From NCBI GenBank assembly GCA_964387845.1, contig CAYLXA010000009.1, positions 32,001-96,000 on the forward strand: 64,000 nucleotides of DNA, given 5' to 3'. The stretch comes from an uncultured bacterium (GTDB lineage: Bacteria; Omnitrophota; Omnitrophia; Omnitrophales; Abzuiibacteriaceae). Each line of letters starts with the position of its first letter. The first letter of the stretch is position 1. The position numbers and the translations under genes are program-made. Under the pieces are notes generated by a model. That model searched no databases. It had not been told where the DNA came from and worked only from the letters and a program-made list of their open reading frames with translations. This document shows, piece by piece, positions 39,201-48,200 of the stretch.

Positions 39201-42200
39201 GGCTGATCTTTGTCTAAAAGCATGGCGAGCCTTTTTCGGGCCGGCAAATAATGATGCTTGTGGCAAAGCGGGCAAACGCCGTGGTTGGCGTGAAGCGCTT
39301 CCTCGTAAATCGAATCAGGATCATCAAAGGCATCTCTGCTTTTTGGAAACTTTGGATCATGTTTGGATTTCAAAATAGCGGATTCGAGTTTTGCTAAATA
39401 ATTGGTATCAAATTCACCGTTGATAAAACTCGGCATGACAGCCAGCTGCTTATATAGAAGGAGGGTTGTTTTGATGGGCGTTCCGTTTAACTGACCCTTG
39501 ATCTCAAATTGATCCAGCGCTTCCTTTAACCGCTCAATAGCTTCGGTTCGGGTTTTTGCCCGGATGGTGAGCGTGGCAAGGCTCGAACTTCTGCTGATAT
39601 GAATCTTATCTCCCTCCTTGATATGAAGTTGGATGTCCACGCCATTCCCGGCAGGAGGCAAGGCTATCTTTTCAATAACCGCTTCCGGATATTTTGAAAA
39701 ATCATGGGCGAAATCCTCGGCAAAAACCGACAGTTTGATCGTGTGATCCTGTGATTTGATATCCGGCTGCAATTTTATATCCGGAAGAGATTGTCCGCCC
39801 GCAATTGCGATCTGAAGCTGAATCAAATCAACGGGTTTTCCATCCTGATTGACAAATTCTCGGTTATCGATATTTCGGTTGATATCCAGAAAATAAATTT
39901 CGCCGGATTGGGTCATCAGAAATTCCATTGTGCCAACGGTCTGATACATCAAGCCGTCTTTGCGCAAACCGGCCAGGATTGTCCGGACAGCGGACCTGAT
40001 TTCCTCATCTTTATCCTGCGACATCAAGGCAGGCGGGGTTTCCTCGATTAATTTTTGATAACGGCGCTGAATAGTACCGTCCTGAAACGGCCAAATCGAG
40101 ACATTGCCGAACTGGTCGGCTGCAAACTGAACTTCAATGTGCCGCACCTCCGGAACCAGCTTTTCTATGAAAAGGCCGTCATGCCTGAAATGATAAACAG
40201 CGTTGCGTGCCAATTCGTTAAATATGCGCCGCATTTCATCTTGGTTTTGTACAAGGCCCAAAAGCCGGTCAACACCGCCAACCGCGGATTTCACCAAAAC
40301 CGGATACCCCAGCTCGCCTGCCGCCCGGATTGCCTCCAAAGGCCCATCGACGGTAAATTCCGAGGACGGCGGCACTTTGATTCCATATCGCTGAATACGC
40401 TCTTTAATGGTTTCCGGATTCTTGCCTTCGGACTTAAGAGGATGAATCCGTACCGCGCTGACGGTTTGATGATCGGGGCCGATAACTCTGATATTTGCTT
40501 CTTTTGCGGCACTGATCAATTCCGGTGTTTCCGACAAAACACCAAATCCCGGATGAATGACATCCGCCTTGGCCTGCTTGGCGGCATCTAAAATTCCGCG
40601 GATATTGAATGCCTTGTTCTGGATCCTGGTAATTTGTATTTTTTCATCCGCCAGGCTTAAAACTTTCTTCTGTGCGTCCAAATCGGTATACAAAATAACG
40701 GTTTTAATGCCCATGGCTTTTGCTGCTTTAATCACGCGTTCTGCTAAGCGATCCACGAATGCGATGACCATTGTCCGAATTTCTAAAGATTTAACGCTTT
40801 TTGCGGCTCTTAACTCGCTCCGGGATCCTGTTTTTCCGGGTTTTGCTTTCAAAAACAGCCAATCCATTAAGAAATGATCTTTTTCATGTCCCTTGAGCAC
40901 GCCTTTAAAAGCGCGTGTAATGATTTCTTTTCGGATTGTTTGAATTTCAGCTTCTGATCCGATCACTTCCGGCAAAATCGCCTCCGCCAAGGGAGCTGCT
41001 GTGAAAAACTGGATAAGATCTTGGCGGGTTGTTTGAACGGGGTCAAATTTTAGGGTTTCGACCGAAAGTCCGGCTGATTCTAAAGCCTTCGTATAAAATT
41101 CAAGCGGGCGGTGAGCGGGAAAAACCTTTTGAAATTGGCCCGCATGGCCGTTCGTGGTCAAGTTCCGGTGATTGCTGTATTGGCCATCTGAACTCAGAAT
41201 CTCAAGCGCCCTCGCGCGGACCTGGATCAATAGGTTTTCAAAACCTTCTACGCCAATTTCGCGGTCATTTCTTAAAATGCCGGGTGTTGATAACACAAGT
41301 TTACCATCCGGATGAAGTGTTTTGGCAATTCCCTCAAAGACATGCGCAATCTGGTTGACAGCAACCGTATGAATCAGATTAGGCGCATACACGAGATCTA
41401 TCAAACCTCTGGAAGCAGGGCCGAGTGCCTCGAAAATATTTTGATGCCCATTTCCCTCGGTTAATTTCTCAAGGAGATAGACGCGTAAATTGGGATATAA
41501 GTCCTTCGGAAGAAGTTTGATTAGGTGACGCAAAAATGATTTTGATATATCCGCTGCAATCACTTGCGCATTGATACCGGCAAGTTTCAATAGACGCGCG
41601 GTCCCATTCCCGGTTCCTGCGCCGAGATGAACAATTTTTTGAATCCCGGGCATGCCCTCTTGGCGTTTAAGGCCCGCGATCCTTTCTGTTTTATCCAGCG
41701 ACAATTGATACATGTCGGTTTCGGTCGATCGGAAAAATTCCCTCGCTGCTTGTGATGGTTCCTTTCCATCTCCTTGCCACGGCGGATTGAATAAATTGCG
41801 CAGTTCAGATTTAACGCTCTGAATCAAGCCCTGCCGGCCGTCTTTTGAATCAGCTAGTATTTGAATATATTCCAGTGCTTGATGCAGTTCTCCGGTGTGA
41901 TGACTAGGATCGAAAATCTGATCAACGCCCAAATATTTTAGATAAGGGCCTTCATCTTCAGTGATGCCGCCTACAATTACTTTGATCCGATCTTTGGCGC
42001 CGTATTGATCCAATTCATTCATTAAATCGCGTACAAAATGAAGCCGCGCACCCGAAAGGCTTGAAATTCCAATGATGTCGGCGTTTTCATCAACTGCGGC
42101 ACGTGCAATCATGGCAGGTGTTTGACGAAGCCCCGCATAAATGACTTCGAGCCCGGCATTTTTAAACGCGGCGGAAACCAAATTGATGCCGCGGTCATGG

Positions 42201-45200
42201 CCGTCTAAGCCCGGTTTTGCCATTAAAATGCGGACGGGCACTTTGCTTTCGATTTTCCGGATCGGCGCTTGCCGGCTCGTTTTAGACGGAAATACGCTCT
42301 TTTTAAAATCACCAAATACGCCGCGCACGGCATCCATCATTTCACCGACGGTTGCTTCCGCGAGCGCGGCTTTAATAAAGTAAGGCATCACATTTTCATT
42401 CTCTTCAGCTGCTTTTGTAATCTCGGCCAAGGCTTTCCGTACTTTTTCATTGTCGCGTGTTTGTTTCAGTTTTTCTAAATTACCCAAAACTTCGGCGCGG
42501 CGTTCCTCGTAAGATCCCATCCGCTCACGCAGCATTTCTTCGGTAATGTCAACTTTTTCCGCTTTTTCTTCCCTTACCCCTTGCCCCTTGCCCTTTAATC
42601 CTTGTTTGGTGAGTCTTTCTTCCCGCAGCATTCCTTTTTTGGTCACTTCATCCTGAATGGCGTCGCGCATGTACTGCTCGACCGCTTCCTGGCCTTCGGT
42701 TTCATTTAATTGAATCAAAAATTGAATCAGCGCCGCGGCTTGATTGATAATTTCATCCGTGTATTTTTCAAGCAAATAACTGCCGCCGTTCGGATCCACT
42801 TGCTTGTCTGCGATTTGCTTTAAAATTTCATGGCTTCTCAGCGCGACTTTTGCGGCATGTTCGGATGGCAGGCGCCTGTTCTCATCGTAACTATCCAAAT
42901 GAAGCGTTTGCGTGCCGCCGTCAACCGCAACCAGGCCTTCCGCCAAAATGCGGGCGATATTGGCCGGCTCATCCACCCCTTCCGGATCTCCTTTTAAAGG
43001 AACGCCTGAAGTCTGTGTGTGTACCCGGAACATCAGCGCTTTATTTTTATTTTCATCGCGTGCTTTCAAAATATGGCGGGCAATAATAGCCCACAGTTCG
43101 CGCGCAGCGCGGAACTTGGCGGTTTCGTAGGTTTTGGTTTCGCCGGTTTCGTCCATCAAAAGCGAATCAAAGAAAAATGAAAATTGCTCGAGCACCTGAT
43201 TCACGGTCACTTGGCTTCCCGGGCGCTGATTTTTGAAGAAATTCTGCGCATACAAAATCGCGTTCATCAGCGTAAACGCAACTTCCTGAACGGCCGATGA
43301 GCCGGCTTCGCGCATGTGATAACCGCTGATTGAAATCGTGTTGAACCTCGAACCTGCGAAATACTCGAACATATCGTTTGCGAGACGCATGGAGCCCTTC
43401 GCTGAAATACCGTAATTGTTGCGCGTGGTTCTTTCTTTGTTGTTGTCGTTTTGGACAGTGCCGCGGAGTGTTTTCTTGGCGAGTTCGATTGCTTCGGCTT
43501 CTGACAAACTGCTGTCTTTCTGCATGAGCCGTTTCGTGCCGAGTGCGATATACATCGCCAAAATCGGCCCTGCGGATGCGTTGATCGTCATCGAAGTGGA
43601 AACTTCGCCGTCTGTGATGTCGATTCCGTCAAAAATGGTTTCCATGTCGCGGATCGAATCGACCGGTGCGCCCTCGGTTCCGATGTTGTAAATCGCGCGC
43701 GGGTCATCGGAATCAATGCCGACTTGCGTCGCGTTCTGAAACGCCAGACTGAATGCTTTGAATCCTCTTTCTAAAAACAGGCGGAATCTTTCGTTGGTTT
43801 CACGTGCCGTGCTGTAACCCGCATACTGCCGCGGCGTGACAGATTTGTAAGTCGCAAATGCGCCCCGGCGGAACGGATATTGGCCCGGCACCTGAACGGC
43901 CGGTACATCGCCGAAATCAAAAATGCGCGGCACCGGCTGCGCTTCGTTGGGGTCTAAAAGCCCGATGCTGTAGATCGATTCGCCGCGCTCACGGAGGAAC
44001 TTGGACATTTCATGATCGGGATCCTCGGGTTCAATGAATTCAATAACACCTAGGTTTTCCGGCAGTTCCAAGACCGCTATTTTTAGTTTTGCATCTTTAT
44101 CTTCATATATAGGAAGGCCGAATGACGCCGCGCTGGAAACAGGAATCATGATGCTGACGCGTTCTTTGGCAATACTTTTTAACCTGTCGTCCTGAAGCCA
44201 GCTCTCCCTGGCTTTCTGAATCATGGGCTCCGCAATTTTTGAAATTTCTCCGGCAATCACCTTTTGATGGTGTGTCTCCCGGAGGATTTGCACCAAATAC
44301 GGAACCGATTGCTGAACGGTGATAAGCTCTTTCTCGGCAAGTTTTCTTTTAGTGGTCGGTTTTGTTTTTTGATTCAAATGAGCCAAATGCGCCGATATCC
44401 GGAGTAAAAGTTCTGAAAATCCTTTTTGTTTTTCGCCGGTTGAAACGGTTTGAACCGCAAGCGGCTGCCATCCGTCTTCACGCGCAGGCTGTGTTGAAAG
44501 ACCGGCTTCGAGGTCGTGAATGGCGACAAACGCGCGTTCCGTGTCCGCCTGGTTTAATACCGCAATATCGGGCGTTTCCATGGAACCTGCTTTCATGGTC
44601 TGAATTTCACCCAGATAAGCGGGACTTAAAGTCAAAAGAAGCGTGTCGGAAACTTTCCTGATTTCATCCTGAGTTTGGCCGGCGCCTTCGGTTTCGATCA
44701 AAACAACATCCACGCCCATGTGGTCCATTAATTTGGCAACTTCATCCGTCGTTTTGGCAATGCCGCCTTGGCCGTCGCGCAAACTGACGCTTCGGATCAT
44801 GACGCCCGTGTCATCCGCCAAATTACCCATGCGGTACCGGTCTACGAGAAATGCCCCGCCCGAAGAGTCTGATGACGGGTCTACGCTGACGATTCCAACC
44901 CGAAGACCCGTTCGCCTGATTTCGCCGGCAAGGTTTGCGATAAATGAACTTTTACCGACTCCGGGCGGCCCCGTGATTCCGATCCGGTAAGAATTGCGCG
45001 GCAGTTTTTGAATTTCAGAAACAACAACCGGCCGGATTTCTTCACCGGTACTTTCCATAAAAGTCATGAGCCGCGCAGCGGCGCGATGATCGCCTTGCTT
45101 GACCAAATTTAACAACTGACGGGTTTCCCACCAGATCAGCGGCATTGTGATACCGGATTTTCCGGAAGCGGCAATAACCCTTCTTTTAGCCGAAAACTTT

Positions 45201-48200
45201 TCGAGATAATCCGCTAAATTTTTCTCATCCAAAATCCTGCCGGCAGGTTTATTTTCAAAAACCTGATAAATTACATCACCGTCAGATTGGCCGCCATAAA
45301 CAACAACTGCGCGGTCTTTCAAACTCGAAACTTCATGCGCAAGGAGGCCCTTCAGCTGCATGTCTTCTTCTGATTGGGGATCCAAATACACGATATCCGC
45401 ATCTTCATCAATCGCGGCGCGCGCGATATGACGCGCTGCTTCCGGATTTTCCGATGTTTCCCGGACATAAATCACTTCGAAACCCTTTGAGCGGAAAAAC
45501 TCCGCGGCAGCTAATGAACGATTTTTATCTCCAAGTTCCACGACCAGCGCGCGCCCTTTCGCCAATTTAAATTCCGAAGCAGGGCCCGCTGCCGGCTTGG
45601 AATGTACTTTTAAAAATTCTCCGTGCCGGCTGACGGCATCAATGAGTTCCGAAATTCCTTTGCCTTCGCCCTCAATCGCGACCGTTTCAATCACAGGCGG
45701 CATCCATTCGTCTTTCGCTTGAGGTTTTTGGAAAACGCGCTTTGCAATTTCCGCCGTTTCGCGGGCACCTTTTCGGTCGGCTTTATTGACAACCAGCACA
45801 TCCGCAACGGTCAAGTAGCTGTCCTTGCTGAGCGTTAAAATATCGCCTGACTCGGGCGGAATCGCAGCCACCATGGTATCCGTAATTTTCCGGATTTCTT
45901 TTTGGGATTGGCCGACACCTTCGGTTTCGATGAAAACAAAATCCTTTGGAGTTCCGGAATCAACTCCGTAAATATCAAACACTTTTGCGACTTGTTCGGT
46001 TGTTTTTGCAATGCCGCCAACGCCGCCGCGCGTCGCCATGCTCCTGTAAAATACATTTTCATCCGTCAGCAGTTCGCGGGAAAGCCGCATTCTGTCCGCC
46101 AAAATTGCGCCGCCCGTAACGGGGCTTGTGGGATCAATCGCGATCGCCGCAATGCGTTTTCCCTGCCGCCTGTATTGTACGATCATGTCTTCGACCAGCG
46201 TGCTTTTGCCCACACCGACCGCGCCTGTGACGCCGATTCGGCGCGGTTTTTGCTCGATATGAATGGCGTCCAATTTTTGATGAATCAATTCCGCAACTTC
46301 ACCGCCGTTTTCAATGAATGAAATCAACTCACCGGCTGCATGGTCATCGCCCGCGCGGACTTTTGAAATGAGCGTATCCACTTCGGCGTTTCGAAGTTCG
46401 GAACGCGAAGTCAAGGTTTGTGCCGCCAACCGGGCAAGCTTTTGGCTGTCCTCGCGGCGGCCACGTGACCCGACCCAAACCGCGATTCCGACCGGAATCA
46501 TAACAAAAAACATTGAAGTTCCAAGCGCATAAAACAGGCCGATTACTTTTTTCTGGAACAAAAAGTCTTCGTATGCATCCCCTAAGATTAGCTGCTGAAG
46601 ATTTTCACCGTTTGCAAATAGAAATTCGGGCCTTTCGCTCAACACGGTATCGCGAAGGCGCATGACGTCCATGCTCGCATCATTGCGGACGATTAAATAA
46701 GCGAAGTCGCGCCCGTCTGTTCCTGCTTGGATATCAATGCGGATAATTTTGTCGTTGATGTCCGGTAAAGATTTAATGCTCGAAAAGGAAAGGGCTTCTT
46801 TTATCCTGTCCTGCAAATACGCATTGTTGCCGAATTTTCCGCCCAATTGATCGTTGATCACAATCGGCAAGTCGGTACCTTTCGCTTCTTTAAGCGCACG
46901 CTCGGCGGCGCGGACCGGATCCATATACCAAAAATAGGCCGCACTTGAGATCGGAAGCACAACAACCATCGCGATGAGGAACGACAGCAGTTTGTGCTTC
47001 GAAATCCAGCGCGGATATTGGCGGTACCAAACTCTCTGCTTTTTATCGATTCTATGAACCTTGCGCAGATAATCGAGAACCTTCGCCTCAAATAAAGAAT
47101 ATTTCTTCGGTAAATTTAGGTCAGTTGGCTGAGTTTGATCAGTCACCTTGCTTGTAACGTAACCGCTTGGTTTCAGAAAACCTTTTTCCCTAAGGTGGTT
47201 ATAAATTTTCTCGGATTCCGTTTCGTTAAGCCAGGTTAAAGTGGGGCCATCGGACAAATAGGTAATTGCCGATCGGCTGGCGGCATCATCGTTATCCGGC
47301 GTTAGGTTGGCAAAATCACCGGCATGAACTCTTGCCCGCAGCTCTGAGCGCGAAGAATCTGCTTCTTTGTTCCTCGGTTTTGGTTTTAAAGAACTGACGA
47401 TACTTAGAGTTTCCAGTTCCTTCATGACATTGACGGTAAAAATAACGGAAACAGCGACTGTGATCATGGCGCCCGCAGTTAAAAGAGTAGGCACAGCAAT
47501 CCACCAAGGCAATATTTGACCATCTAAAAGCGGATTCTTGGACTTGTCTCCCGTTCTCAACTCCGACCTGGCTTCCCTTTGAAGGAAAGTCGTTAAGCTC
47601 ATCATAGCGGGCAGGCCCGATTCAGGCTTCGGAAATGGTTTAGCATCCCTCGTACGCACACCGGAAAGAGCCGCAATTAAGCGATACTCGGTATAAGGCA
47701 TGATGGTTTGTGAAATCCAATGGGTGCCCCAATAAGCGGAGGCCGGCACTTGAGCGGCTTTGTTAACTGCCGTCACCGGATCATCTGAAGACAAGAAAAC
47801 ATCAGGGTCGGCGGTATGAAGTTCAAGCAAAATTAAGCCGTGATTAATATATTTTTCCCAGCGCTGGAAAAATTTGATAAGGTCGGCCGCCGCTACAACC
47901 GCGGGCACTAATTTTCCTTTATCAGAATAGGAAGTCCTGAATCGTGTAGCGATTAACTCGCTCAAGTCATCAAGATTTTCAGGCAAGGGCTGTATGTTAA
48001 GAATGCTCTGAAGAAGCGCTCTGTCTGTTTTCAAGACAGCTTCTTTAAGAATCTCTCTTGCTTCGTCTATACTTTTAATTTTCAGCTTTCTTTCGTGAGG
48101 CAAAACCATCTGCATATGCAGAAGATCCCGGGCGCCGACCGGGCGGTTCATCCGCAATTCGCGGTCATAAATAACCATACGCCTGTCCGCCATGCTCTTC